64,000 bases of DNA from an uncultured virus (IMG/VR IMGVR_UViG_3300029945_000007) (taxonomy: Duplodnaviria > Heunggongvirae > Uroviricota > Caudoviricetes): IMG/VR virus record IMGVR_UViG_3300029945_000007, one strand, 5' to 3'. Made by a program: the position numbers and the translations under genes. The first letter of the stretch is position 1; every line of letters starts with the position of its first letter. This document shows, in pieces, positions 39,307-48,667 of the stretch. The notes under the pieces are model-generated. The model worked only from the letters and a program-made list of their open reading frames with translations, made no database searches and was not told the DNA's origin.

Positions 39307-40143
39307 CTAGGGCCGCAAGGCCTGAGTTCTGTACATCACAGGACTCAGGCCTTTTAATTTGAGCTTGATACGTTCGTGGTTGTAGTAGTGAATATACTTC
39401 CGAATGCCTGCTTGCAATGCACCGATACTCACGAAGCGATTCAGGTAGAAGAACTCCGATTTCAGCGTGCCAAAGAAACTCTCCATCGCAGCATTATCCA
39501 GGCAATTTCCCTTGCGCGACATACTCTGGGTGAGCCCATGAGATGCGAGTTGGTGTCGATAGGCGGACATCTTGTATTGCCATCCCTGATCTGAGTGCAG
39601 CAATGGAGCATCTGCGCTCGTCAGTTTAGCCAACGCCTTTCGGAGCATATTGCCAACCAAGGGAAAGTGCGGTCGCTCTTGCATCTCGTAGGCGATGATC
39701 TCCCCATTGTAGAGATCCATCACCGGCGAAAGGTAAAGCTTGTCGCCTCGCACGTTGAACTCGGTCACATCGGTCACCCACCGTTGGTTCGGCCGGTCTG
39801 CCTGGAACTGCCGATTCAGCACGTTCGGCACGTCAACGTGGCAGCCGCCCCGGTAGGACCGATATTTCTTGGGACGCACCAACGACTTGAGGCCAAGCAT
39901 CCGCATTAACCGCTGCACGGTTTTGTGGTTGATCACGGTTCCCGAATGCCGTAACTCAGCCGTAATGCGTCGATAGCCATAGCGGCCCTTATGGCGTGTA
40001 AAGATGGTTTGAATCCGGTCCTTCATGTCAGCATGTCTATCGCCGGTCTGCTGCACCTTGGCTTGGTAGTAGAACGTGCTACGCGACAGCTGAGCCACCC
40101 TCAGTAAAGCCGGTAGCGCATATTCTTGCCTTAGCTCGATCAC
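39307..40143 (-). CDS. IS3 transposase OrfB (DDE)
   Basis: WVTDVTE, HSDQG, DNAAMESFF. Confidence 0.95.
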   Translation of the reverse strand: MIELRQEYALPALLRVAQLSRSTFYYQAKVQQTGDRHADMKDRIQTIFTRHKGRYGYRRITAELRHSGTVINHKTVQRLMRMLGLKSLVRPKKYRSYRGGCHVDVPNVLNRQFQADRPNQRWVTDVTEFNVRGDKLYLSPVMDLYNGEIIAYEMQERPHFPLVGNMLRKALAKLTSADAPLLHSDQGWQYKMSAYRHQLASHGLTQSMSRKGNCLDNAAMESFFGTLKSEFFYLNRFVSIGALQAGIRKYIHYYNHERIKLKLKGLSPVMYRTQALRP

Positions 40144-40670
40144 GGCTTGCGCTTTTTGGGCGCAGCTTGCCGAGCGGTTCGAACCAAGGCATCCAATTTT
40201 TTTAGATACGCCACCTCCGCACGCAGAAGTTCGTTCTCTTTTTCGAGTTGTTCCAGCGTACGCGCTTCCTCAGGCATCGGTAGCTCGGGCTTGGGGGTGT
40301 CAGGGCGTGTCATTGTCGTGGGGCGACCTCGGGGCTTGGGTTTGAGAGCATCCAGACCACCCTCATGATACTGGCGTTCCCAGGTAGAGACGACCCCAGT
40401 GCCTCCCCTGATATCAAACAAGGCAATTGCCTGGCGGCAAGAAAGCTCTTCCTTCCACATGCGCTGCAACACCGAAAGCTTGAACTCAGCGCTATAGCGG
40501 CTGAATTTCTTGCAGAGCCCGGCATCGCCATGATGGTGATAGCTCGTTACCCACTTGCGGATCGTCGCTTGGTCCACTTCGTACTTGGCTCCAAGTGCTC
40601 TGTACCCCCTAGATCCAGCCAAATACTCTTGAACTATGGCTCGTTTGAAATCTTCATTATGTTTTGCCAT
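40140..40670 (-). CDS. IS3 transposase OrfA
   Basis: Two HTH blocks; A7 slippery run at 40197-40203 with an open -1 frame into orfB. Confidence 0.9.
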   Translation of the reverse strand: MAKHNEDFKRAIVQEYLAGSRGYRALGAKYEVDQATIRKWVTSYHHHGDAGLCKKFSRYSAEFKLSVLQRMWKEELSCRQAIALFDIRGGTGVVSTWERQYHEGGLDALKPKPRGRPTTMTRPDTPKPELPMPEEARTLEQLEKENELLRAEVAYLKKLDALVRTARQAAPKKRKP

Positions 40671-40871
40671 GAACTGCACCCCAAAGGTTGGATCGGTGTC
40701 CAACTTTTGGGGTGCAGTTCAGTTGTGGGGCTTAGTTTGGGTGTAAAAATACCCGCTCTAGGCGGGCGGCAGCGTAGTGCCAATGTAGGTGCAAATGGGT
40801 GCCAAAATGCGCGCCGCGTTACACGCCGCGTTACATTTTGCGGAGCAATTCGGAAATTGCGGAGCAAATGC

Positions 40872-40901
40872 AAAGGGGCTTCCACATTGGGAAGCCCCTT
40901 T
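40872..40901 (-). terminator. Intrinsic terminator downstream of the att tRNA fragment
   Basis: AAAGGGGCTTCC-acattg-GGAAGCCCCTTT. Confidence 0.75.
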
Positions 40902-40906
40902 AATAT

Positions 40907-40952
40907 TGGTGCCGGCGGCAGGAATCGAACTCGCGACCCCCTGATTACAAGT
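40907..40952 (-). other. att core: 3' half of tRNA-Thr(UGU)
   Basis: ACTTGTAATCAGGGGGTCGCGAGTTCGATTCCTGCCGCCGGCACCA; no 5' half; adjacent to the integrase 3' end. Confidence 0.88.
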
Positions 40953-41073
40953 GAGTCGTTGATTCTAGTAATGGCGCGGGAAATAGCTGTTTTTTTGCTC
41001 CGCAAATATCAAATATCACACCCTCTACAAGCCTTGATTTTGCTAGGTCGGCATTTGGTTTGCGGAGCAGAAA

Positions 41074-42123
41074 TTAGCGCGTTGGCCCTACTTTATCACC
41101 CTTCCGGTCTCGCACATAGTGCTCTGTCATCTTGACGGACGAATGACCTAATTGCTTCTGCGCCTGACGAATATCGCCAGCACTTTCCGCCTTGTCTGTA
41201 CCGGCCTTTGCGCGCAGGTCGCGGAATTGAAACGCCTTGATTGCGTCTGCCATTGTCGGGTTTGCTGTTGCAGCAGCTTCGCGCGCCTTCTCGAAACGCC
41301 CCCGTAGCGCGCCCTTGGTCAATCTGCCGCCGGTTTCGTTGACCACCAGGTACAGCGCTGGCGTTTTGCAGATAGCCTTGCGTGCCATCATCCTATCCAT
41401 CAATGTCTCCAGCTCGCCTATGATGGTGATCCGCAGCTTCTTTTCGGTCTTGGCCTGCTGAATGCACACCTCACCATTCTTGATGTCATCCTCCGTCATT
41501 GCCAACACGTCCCCAGGCCGCTGGCCTGTCAGATACGCAAGATCCATTGCGTCACGTAGCGCCTCGTCAGCAGCCTCATAGACGGCGGTAAAGATATTGT
41601 CCTCAATGTAGATGTTGCGACCCTTCTCCGTATTACCCTTAATGCCCGCACATGGATTGGCAAGGCTGGTATATCCCCATCCTCTTGCCTTGTTCCATAC
41701 GTGACTGAATAGAGCTTTTTCCCGGTTGGCCGCGACAGGGGAGGCGCTGCGGTGGTCTAAATACATGCGGATGTGCATCGGCTCGATCTCATCGAGTGGC
41801 GCCGGCGCCGGGTTGCAGAAAAAATCCTCAAGGCGCTTAAGCTCGCGTAGATTCTCACATTGAGTTTTCGGTGCTTTGAATGGGAGCACTTCTCTCATAT
41901 ACCGGTCTGCTGCATCCTTGAATGTTGGGCGCGCCGCAACAGGAACCTTGGCCACTTCAAGCTCAGACCATTTCTTTACCGCAAGCGGGTAATCGGAACC
42001 GAGGGGGATTTCCTTGCGAGGCTTCCCGCCTGCATCGTAGTAATAGAAAACCTTCCCACTCCGCTGCGGGCGAGCGCGCATACCCTTTGGGAGGTTGAAA
42101 TTTACGGTTGGCTTTCTGCCCAT
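41074..42123 (-). CDS. int: Tyrosine integrase
   Basis: TGQRPGD, FRDLRAK, LGHSSVKMTEHY. Confidence 0.95.
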   Translation of the reverse strand: MGRKPTVNFNLPKGMRARPQRSGKVFYYYDAGGKPRKEIPLGSDYPLAVKKWSELEVAKVPVAARPTFKDAADRYMREVLPFKAPKTQCENLRELKRLEDFFCNPAPAPLDEIEPMHIRMYLDHRSASPVAANREKALFSHVWNKARGWGYTSLANPCAGIKGNTEKGRNIYIEDNIFTAVYEAADEALRDAMDLAYLTGQRPGDVLAMTEDDIKNGEVCIQQAKTEKKLRITIIGELETLMDRMMARKAICKTPALYLVVNETGGRLTKGALRGRFEKAREAAATANPTMADAIKAFQFRDLRAKAGTDKAESAGDIRQAQKQLGHSSVKMTEHYVRDRKGDKVGPTR

Positions 42124-42129
42124 GATGAA

Positions 42130-42369
42130 TTACCTGGCTGCGGGTTGCCACTTTGCGGCGGTAGTGATTTCGCGTTTTGATTGTCCGTCGATGGCCGAGC
42201 GAGCCACGATAGGGTGCCCCGCGGCATTAACCCGAAATGGTACTGCCATGGACTTTAGCGCCTCAATCTGGAGGGCCTTAAGCTTACGCCCCGTTAGTAT
42301 TGCGATCTCTTCTTTTGTCAAAAACAGCGGGGCTATGGCGGCTACTTGATCAGCCATCGGATTCTCCAA
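42130..42369 (-). CDS. Excisionase-like protein (DUF4224-like)
   Basis: FLTKEEIAILTGRK...GHPIVAR directly upstream of int. Confidence 0.75.
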   Translation of the reverse strand: MENPMADQVAAIAPLFLTKEEIAILTGRKLKALQIEALKSMAVPFRVNAAGHPIVARSAIDGQSKREITTAAKWQPAAR

Positions 42370-42427
42370 AAAATTTGAGCCGCATCAGCGGCCTATTATT
42401 GATCTTGCGGCAGCGCCGCCAATCGAC

Positions 42428-42940
42428 TCATGCGCACTTGCGCGCCTGCGCCATCGATGCCATGGTCATCGCCTCTGCGTCGATCATCGCCGTGAGCGCC
42501 ATCCCCTTGGGCATTACCGCTAAGAGTTGCCGACACAGATCAACCGACTGACGGATGGCTTCAAGCTCGGCGGCGAGCGCGGTGAAAGTCCCGCGTTCGC
42601 GCCAGCGCTCCCCGATTACCGCCAGCGCTTCGGCTGCCGCCTCGGTGCGCTGTTTGACCATCAGCGCAAGATCGCCGGTTTCGGCGCTGCCGCGGTGAAT
42701 TGCCAATTGCCGGCCGAGTTGCCACGTCATACAGTTCGACTCGTTTAGCACGATAAATCGCGTCGAGTCGAGCATCCCGGCGCGCAGATTGTCTAGCGCC
42801 ATATATGCCGGTAGCAGGATGTCGGTCTGTTCGTTGGTGGCGACATCGGCAGTGCTCGCCTTGAAGATCGTTTGATGGATGATGCTGACCCCGGCACTGC
42901 CTGTGGCGTAGTGCTTGCGCTTGCATTGCTTGCGGCTCAT
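42428..42940 (-). CDS. Hypothetical phage protein
   Basis: Coupled ORF in the early-left operon. Confidence 0.65.
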   Translation of the reverse strand: MSRKQCKRKHYATGSAGVSIIHQTIFKASTADVATNEQTDILLPAYMALDNLRAGMLDSTRFIVLNESNCMTWQLGRQLAIHRGSAETGDLALMVKQRTEAAAEALAVIGERWRERGTFTALAAELEAIRQSVDLCRQLLAVMPKGMALTAMIDAEAMTMASMAQARKCA

Positions 42941-43131
42941 GGCTTGTGGATGCTCATGAAAAAAGAATAATCATCACCTTCCGGGACGGGAACCTCATAA
43001 CCAGGAAAGCAATCAGTCAACAAATGGCCGCATGGTGCAATATCTCCTATCTTGCAACCGCACTCATCGCCACACAGCCCATCAAAGCCGTTCGACGTCA
43101 AATGCTGCTCAACGATTTGGATGATGTTCAT
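42937..43131 (-). CDS. Small Cys-rich phage protein
   Basis: GFDGLCGDECGC...PCG; coupled. Confidence 0.65.
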   Translation of the reverse strand: MNIIQIVEQHLTSNGFDGLCGDECGCKIGDIAPCGHLLTDCFPGYEVPVPEGDDYSFFMSIHKP

Positions 43132-43517
43132 GGCTTGAGCTCCGGCGCAGCATTCAGGCGCTCAATCACCGGAAGAATGACGTTCTGAATCTGTGCGCGA
43201 AGCTGGCCAGCCGCGTGGTATTTGATTGCCACGTCGCGCAATTGATTGACCAGTTCAGCGGTCTGATGATCTTTCCAGACAGGCGCGTCCACTGCTTCCG
43301 GCATAGCCAGTGCGGCGCGGGCGCGACTAGAGGCGCAATCTACGCAAGCACATCGTTCAATCCTCATTTTTTGGCACGACGGAGAAAATTCAACCGCACA
43401 CATTAAATCGCGCGCCGCCGCCTCTATCGCCTGACTGCGTGTTTTTGGGGGTGTTGGCGCGCCAGAGTCCATGCCGTCCCAACCTTCGTGCAAGATGTGA
43501 CTTCTCGGCTTGATCAT
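43128..43517 (-). CDS. Hypothetical phage protein
   Basis: Coupled ORF. Confidence 0.55.
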   Translation of the reverse strand: MIKPRSHILHEGWDGMDSGAPTPPKTRSQAIEAAARDLMCAVEFSPSCQKMRIERCACVDCASSRARAALAMPEAVDAPVWKDHQTAELVNQLRDVAIKYHAAGQLRAQIQNVILPVIERLNAAPELKP

Positions 43518-43608
43518 AACTCCCGCTCCTTTTCGATTTGTTCAACGATACGCCCGCAGTCTGACTCATGCGCCCATGCCGCCTCCGCTACCTGCTTGAT
43601 ATAAGTGC

Positions 43609-43893
43609 TCATGACGGCTCCCGGTTTTTTGTGATGACTTCATCTGCTCTATCCATGGAGTTGCGCACGGCCCCAATCCATGTCCGAGCCAAGCTCAGTT
43701 CAAGCGCGTCCTGCTGCAGCTTGGCAAGCTCGCCTGTTGTGACAGTGACCAGCCCAGATCCGTCAATGTCGTCATGTAGGATATGGACGCACAGATTGAT
43801 GCACTCGTCACACAGGTTGATGCCGGGCGTGACCATGATCATTTTGTAAACATCGGCGTGAGGCTTGCCGCATGCGGTGCAGATCAGGATCAT
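43609..43893 (-). CDS. ClpX C4-type zinc-finger protein
   Basis: CTACGK...NLCDECINLC. Confidence 0.75.
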   Translation of the reverse strand: MILICTACGKPHADVYKMIMVTPGINLCDECINLCVHILHDDIDGSGLVTVTTGELAKLQQDALELSLARTWIGAVRNSMDRADEVITKNREPS

Positions 43894-44399
43894 GTTGACT
43901 GATCCTTGTGTTTGGCGATGGCATCTTCCGCGAATTTGTGAATTACCGACGCATGGAATGGGTGGTATTTCCACTCCTGGCCGGTCCAAATGCGCATCAT
44001 CTCGGATCGATGTTTAATGTCAGATAGCGCCGCCAGCAGGCCATCGCGCTGCCCCTCAAGATTCTCGATGGCGCCAATGATTGGGTCGCACCCGCCGTCA
44101 TTCGGATCTAGCCCAAGATGTTCGTTGATGAGACCAAGATCAGAGCAAGCGGCTTCGAACATGCGCTTGTAGCTCTCGCCTTCGCGCGCACGCCGGATCA
44201 GTTCCAGCACGGAGGCTGGGTTGAATGCGGCGATGAAAGCGGCGTTACGCCTTACAATGGTTGTGGCAGTAACCTCTACAGTTCCCGCGCCACTGTGATC
44301 ATGCCCGATCTCATAGCATGCATAAGCACATTCAATTTTTCGCCACGGCCCCGGCGTTGCCGCCTTCGCCAGCCGCTCCAGCTCGTCTAGGTTTGTCAT
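43890..44399 (-). CDS. Ead/Ea22-like protein
   Basis: LERLAKAATPGPW...NAAFIAAFNPASVLELI. Confidence 0.8.
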   Translation of the reverse strand: MTNLDELERLAKAATPGPWRKIECAYACYEIGHDHSGAGTVEVTATTIVRRNAAFIAAFNPASVLELIRRAREGESYKRMFEAACSDLGLINEHLGLDPNDGGCDPIIGAIENLEGQRDGLLAALSDIKHRSEMMRIWTGQEWKYHPFHASVIHKFAEDAIAKHKDQST

Positions 44400-44800
44400 T
44401 GCGATTTTCTCCATGCGAACGGCACTGGGTCTGGCATAACCCACAAATGCCGCATGTTTGCCACGTTCACCACGTCGCTTTGGCGCGGGAAAACCTCAAC
44501 CGCGTCGAAATCCGCATAGCCAACGTCGGCTTTGATTTCCTGCAGCTCTTCCCACGCGATACCGTCTTGCCAGCGGTTGCCATCAAGTTTTGTGCGGCAT
44601 ACGGACAGCCGGACGGTGCCGGCCGCCTCATTGAACGCCTGCACCAGATAATTTCGACTGCGCCACACCTCGAACGGGGCGTTAATCCCTTTGTACTGGG
44701 GCCATTGATCGCGCGGAACTGGCGTAAGATCGGCAGGGAAGGCGGCAACATACGCGTGCTGTGTTTTTTGCGCTCGTCGGCGCTCATCTCGGTTCATCAT
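44396..44800 (-). CDS. Conserved hypothetical phage protein
   Basis: WEELQEIK...AVEVFP...VVNVANMRHLW. Confidence 0.7.
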   Translation of the reverse strand: MMNRDERRRAQKTQHAYVAAFPADLTPVPRDQWPQYKGINAPFEVWRSRNYLVQAFNEAAGTVRLSVCRTKLDGNRWQDGIAWEELQEIKADVGYADFDAVEVFPRQSDVVNVANMRHLWVMPDPVPFAWRKSQ

Positions 44801-44829
44801 CACTCCCATGAAAAGCCGCCTGGGCGGCG

Positions 44830-44898
44830 TCAAAGTTTGTCAACCGCATCGATGCGCGCGCCGATCCAGCGCATGCTCGGCACAGCCATCGAGTTGCC
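44830..44898 (-). pseudogene. 3' remnant of a second C5 DNA methyltransferase
   Basis: Reads GNSMAVPSMRWIGARIDAVDKL*, a motif X-type terminus. Confidence 0.6.
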
Positions 44899-44944
44899 CG
44901 GGCCTGAGCGAGATAGACCCGGGCTTGGTGGGTGAGGGTGGTTG

Positions 44945-46867
44945 TCATGCGGCCTCCAGTTCTCGCATTTCTTTCCATGTCCATGTCGCCAGATCCATGC
45001 AATTAGCTCGCATGAGTGCGATAGCTGGAGGTGGGCTGACGGAATTTCCTACCATCCTGACCTGCGCTGATTTTGAGAACACCCGCCCATCGTGTCCGCG
45101 ATCAATGATGTAGTCAGGGGCAAAGCCTTGGCACCCGTACAGTTCTGGCGGGGCCAGCATGCGCAGGCCGATATCAACAATTACCCACGGCTCGCCCTTG
45201 AGCCAGACAGTAACCAGCGCCAGGCGGTCCCGGGTCGTTGCTGTAGGCATCGGGTCAGTCATACCGCTGACGTTGTCGGTGCCGTAGTAGCTGATCAGGA
45301 ATGCCGCACAGCGGAGGGCACCGGCTTCATGTTCACGGCTCAGCTGATATTCAACCAATGCAGTCTTGCCGCCACCGCCTGCCATGATTGCGCCGACTGG
45401 ATCATCTACCGGCTGGCCGACCGAGTTTCCGAACTGGCGCTGCAGGTGCGCAGCGATCAAGCCGTGATGCTCGCCGCCGGCACTGATCGTCATGAGCGGA
45501 TCTGCTACATCACGGGCATCGCAGTTGCCGCGTAGATGGGCCAGCGTGGCCGCGATCAACTGCTGCTGGCTGCCGGTGTTGGTGATGGTGCTGGACGGTT
45601 CGCGCAGGTCGTGGCCTGGCGTGGTGTTGAACCCGCCATTGGCTTGCATCAGGTAGGCCGTGGCGACATTCCGATGGTTTTCTTTCAAGATCGTGCCGAG
45701 TGGCGCGCCAACGCTGGCAGGCTTGCCGCTATAACTCGGTCCGCCAGCACCAACAAGGATTGCAGATGCCAGCGCTTGGCCGCCGCTTCCCGATGCGGTT
45801 ACGGTGCCGAGTGGGTCCGTTGCTGATTTAGCGCCGCTGCCCCAGCGCTTTACGCCGCCAGGCTTACCGTCGCCATGGCCAGCTTGAACCATCGTTGGCG
45901 CGGCCACCGCAAAACTGCCACCCTTCGGCCATGCCGTGATTGTGCGCAGCGGCTCTGCTGCTGACTGAACGGTTTCTCCTGACCAGTTAGCAATTGGCAC
46001 GATGAACGGCTCGGCGGAGTCGAGAACGAACTTTTTCATCCCCTTGGCGATCCGGCGCATGGTGGCGTCTGCCAGCGATTTCTTGCGAGAGAAAATAGAC
46101 GGGCACGGAATAGACCAGTCAATGTGGTCAGCCGCCGGTATCCACGCCTTCTGTCCGCGCTTCGGGTTTTTGAAGTACGTCGGCTCCGGCCAGACAATCG
46201 GCGTGCCGTCACGTCGAGCGAACAGGAATAACCGTTCTCGCGTCGTTGCCGCGCCATAGTCCGCCGCGCAGAGAATGCGCCATTCGACCTGATACCCCAT
46301 TTGTTCGAACGTGCGAATGAACCGCCGCCAGGTGCGGCCAACATGCTTTGGATCAGGGACCAGGTATTGCTCTTGCACTGGTACGCGCTCGCCGGGAGCG
46401 GCGACTGTCTTGTCCAGCTTGATGACTCTGCCGGTGGCCTTGTCGCGCTTGGCGATCAGTGGCCCCCATTGCTGCATTTGCTTGACGTTTTCCATGCTGA
46501 TACTGCGCGGCAAGACTTGACCTGCCCATCGAGGAAGAACCCACCCCAACCCCCGTATTTTCTTGCTGCGCGGCTGACCGCCAGCGGCTTGGCTGTGGTG
46601 TGTGCAATCCGGACTGCCGTGCAGATGGCCGACAGAGCGGCCTTTGGTCGCTTCTCTCGGGTCGACTTCGAATACGTCTGCGCAGTAGTGCTCAGTTTGC
46701 GGGTGATTTGCCATGTGCATACTGATGGCGTCTGCGTCGTGGTTGATGGCAATATCAACGTGACGCCCGAGTGCTCGCTCGATTGCCCCGGACATGCCCC
46801 CGCCGCCAGCAAACAAATCAACAATGATTTCGTTGTCGACGCAGAGCGAGAATTGATCTCTTATCAT
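44945..46867 (-). CDS. DNA cytosine-5 methyltransferase
   Basis: DLFAGGGG, SPDCTHHS, MENV, RERLF, MVGNSV. Confidence 0.93.
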   Translation of the reverse strand: MIRDQFSLCVDNEIIVDLFAGGGGMSGAIERALGRHVDIAINHDADAISMHMANHPQTEHYCADVFEVDPREATKGRSVGHLHGSPDCTHHSQAAGGQPRSKKIRGLGWVLPRWAGQVLPRSISMENVKQMQQWGPLIAKRDKATGRVIKLDKTVAAPGERVPVQEQYLVPDPKHVGRTWRRFIRTFEQMGYQVEWRILCAADYGAATTRERLFLFARRDGTPIVWPEPTYFKNPKRGQKAWIPAADHIDWSIPCPSIFSRKKSLADATMRRIAKGMKKFVLDSAEPFIVPIANWSGETVQSAAEPLRTITAWPKGGSFAVAAPTMVQAGHGDGKPGGVKRWGSGAKSATDPLGTVTASGSGGQALASAILVGAGGPSYSGKPASVGAPLGTILKENHRNVATAYLMQANGGFNTTPGHDLREPSSTITNTGSQQQLIAATLAHLRGNCDARDVADPLMTISAGGEHHGLIAAHLQRQFGNSVGQPVDDPVGAIMAGGGGKTALVEYQLSREHEAGALRCAAFLISYYGTDNVSGMTDPMPTATTRDRLALVTVWLKGEPWVIVDIGLRMLAPPELYGCQGFAPDYIIDRGHDGRVFSKSAQVRMVGNSVSPPPAIALMRANCMDLATWTWKEMRELEAA

Positions 46868-46904
46868 CGGATCTCCAGGCATTAAAATGCCCGCATGTAG
46901 CGGG

Positions 46905-47990
46905 CTATGGTTTTCGGTAGGTCTTTCTGATGTCCATGCTTATCGACTGACCGCGCCGTCGCAGTGCGTTCGCCAGTCGGCAGCGGTCGTGATGGCTGCT
47001 GGTGGCTTGGCCAAGCAATCCGAAATAACTATTGGCTGTTTCGAATAGATCGCCCTCATCGATGTCGACCACTCGTCGTATCGCCTGGCGGTACGTCCGG
47101 CGCCGTGTGGTACGTGACCAAGGCTTGATGACCTGGCCGACCATATCGATGCCGCGCGCCACCGGCTGAATGAAAGTTTTCCTCGGGTTGAGCTGCAGCC
47201 CGAGCTCGGCCAGTTTCGTTTCGATCTGCGCCCGCGCCGCCGTGAGCCAGCTCGCGTCCTCATGCAGCAGCACGAAATCATCCACATATCGGCAATAATA
47301 CCGAGCGCCGACGCGGTGCTTGATGTGCTGGTCGAGCGAGTCCAGTAGCACGTTGGCGAAGAACTGGCTGCTGAGGTTGCCGATTGGCAGACCGTGATGC
47401 TCATCAGCGTTGACCAGCCGCTTGTGTGCCGGTACGCGATCAATCAGCGCCGGATCGCCGCGCATCTCGAAATCAGTACGCGGGTCGTGAAACAGAATCA
47501 GGTCGGCCAGGGCCATCCACCACGGTTCGTGGATACGTTTCGCCAATTGCGCGCGCACCTGGTGCTTGTCGATCGATACAAAGAAATTCGACAAATCCAT
47601 CTTGATATACCAGGCTGGACGGCTCCAGTTCTGCGTTATTGACCTGACGTGATGCTCAAGCCTTTCTGCTGCATATAGCGTCCCGCGCCCGGGGATACAG
47701 GCGCAGGAATCCGCAATGAATCCGCGGTGAAAGCGATCGGAAACACGGTTGTAAAGTAGGTGGTGCACGATTCGATCCCGGAATTCTGCCGCCCAAACCT
47801 CTCTGGGCTTTGGCCGGGTAATGACGAAACAGATCGAGCGGCCCGGATGATAGCGGCCCTCGATCAGTTCGTCGTAAAGCTCCAGCAGGTTCTGTTCGAG
47901 ATCGATCTCGAAGGCCAGTGCGGATTTGCTGTTGCGCTTCGCGCGACGGCAATCGAAATAATCCTCGACCAGATCCGAAAAAGCTGGCAT
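46905..47990 (-). CDS. DGR reverse transcriptase
   Basis: FRDRIVHH, MDLSNFF, GLPIGNLSSQFFAN, RYVDD; no maturase/endonuclease extension; adjacent TR and Avd. Confidence 0.95.
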   Translation of the reverse strand: MPAFSDLVEDYFDCRRAKRNSKSALAFEIDLEQNLLELYDELIEGRYHPGRSICFVITRPKPREVWAAEFRDRIVHHLLYNRVSDRFHRGFIADSCACIPGRGTLYAAERLEHHVRSITQNWSRPAWYIKMDLSNFFVSIDKHQVRAQLAKRIHEPWWMALADLILFHDPRTDFEMRGDPALIDRVPAHKRLVNADEHHGLPIGNLSSQFFANVLLDSLDQHIKHRVGARYYCRYVDDFVLLHEDASWLTAARAQIETKLAELGLQLNPRKTFIQPVARGIDMVGQVIKPWSRTTRRRTYRQAIRRVVDIDEGDLFETANSYFGLLGQATSSHHDRCRLANALRRRGQSISMDIRKTYRKP

Positions 47991-47995
47991 TGATG

Positions 47996-48099
47996 AATCT
48001 GCGGACGGCCAGCGCGCGCACCTCGTTGTCCTTGTTGATGTTGTTAGTGTTGCCATCATCGAAGTTCTGTTCGTATGCGTTGTTAGGGCTGTACTGCGT
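47996..48099 (-). ncRNA. DGR template repeat (TR), 104 nt
   Basis: Eight AAC codons; differs from VR1 only, and from VR2 almost only, at TR adenines. Confidence 0.95.
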
Positions 48100-48265
48100 C
48101 AATTCGTGCTTGCTACGTCGCCCTGTCGATGCCGAAGCGAACGGCGGGGAAACTGCGCCAGGCCAGCCCGGCTTTACCGGCGGTACCCCTAGAGCGCATA
48201 TCGGTGACCTTGTGGGTCAGCGGCACGACCAGATTCAAATCGCACTGGCATGACGGCCTTGACGG

Positions 48266-48622
48266 TCATGCAGCTGGCGATGCGGACTCATACTTCCTTT
48301 TCCAGCCGTTGGCCTGCCGCCCAATACCGCCGAGAAGCGCGACGCCCTGGGCGTACTGCCGCTCGCTGATAATTTTTAGATCACAGCAAAGCCTGAACAT
48401 GAAGTTCAGCGATTCAACGCGCTCAACCAGATCGCTCAGATAGGGCACTTTGTTGCGCGCGACATTGGCGCGAAAGACCAGGGTCATTAACTCTGAGCAT
48501 TCGTCATCAAGCTTGTCGCCCCGGCGTTTGTGCTTGCGAGGGATATTACTGACGAGATTAGCAACGAGCATCGTCAGCGCGTAAACGTCCTTGTAAATCG
48601 GTAGGCTGGAATGGAGTGCCAT
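48266..48622 (-). CDS. avd: DGR accessory variability determinant (Avd, four-helix bundle)
   Basis: 118 aa, basic; LPIYK...IGRQANGWKR; lies between target and TR. Confidence 0.88.
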   Translation of the reverse strand: MALHSSLPIYKDVYALTMLVANLVSNIPRKHKRRGDKLDDECSELMTLVFRANVARNKVPYLSDLVERVESLNFMFRLCCDLKIISERQYAQGVALLGGIGRQANGWKRKYESASPAA

Positions 48623-48633
48623 GAGAAAAACCC

Positions 48634-48651
48634 GCGCGGGCAAGCCCGCGC
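48634..48651. promoter_or_regulatory. GC hairpin downstream of VR1 (DGR target-recognition element)
   Basis: GCGCGGGC-aa-GCCCGCGC, preceded by ATTTAA on the coding strand. Confidence 0.7.
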
Positions 48652-48667
48652 TTAAATGGTTGAATGA

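Larger units (their letters stand above)
39274..40721 (-). mobile_element. IS3-family insertion sequence (IS150-like organisation)
   Basis: Terminal IRs TGAACTGACCCCACAAAGTTGGACA / TGTCCAACTTTTGGGGTGCAGTTCA; orfA plus orfB in the -1 frame. Confidence 0.95.
1..40906. mobile_element. Prophage A (lambdoid gene order, contractile tail); left part extends beyond the window
   Basis: Continuous immunity-replication-nin/Q-terminase-portal-capsid-sheath/tube-baseplate-fibre-lysis gene order ending at a tRNA-derived att core. Confidence 0.93.

Noticed and set aside
39271..40725. Target-site duplication for the IS3 copy
   Set aside because: Flanks (AGT / GTT) share at most 2 bp, too little to call.
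40907..40985. Complete tRNA-Thr gene
   Set aside because: Only the anticodon-loop-to-CCA half is present; upstream sequence forms no D arm or acceptor 5' strand.
46905..47990. RT as group II intron, retron or Abi RT
   Set aside because: No maturase/endonuclease extension, and the adjacent Avd, TR and A-specific VRs identify a DGR.
47656..48102. 148-aa ORF starting TQYSPNNAY as a further target gene
   Set aside because: It is the TR read in frame, running into an alternative frame of the RT, and lacks the N-terminal part of the domain.
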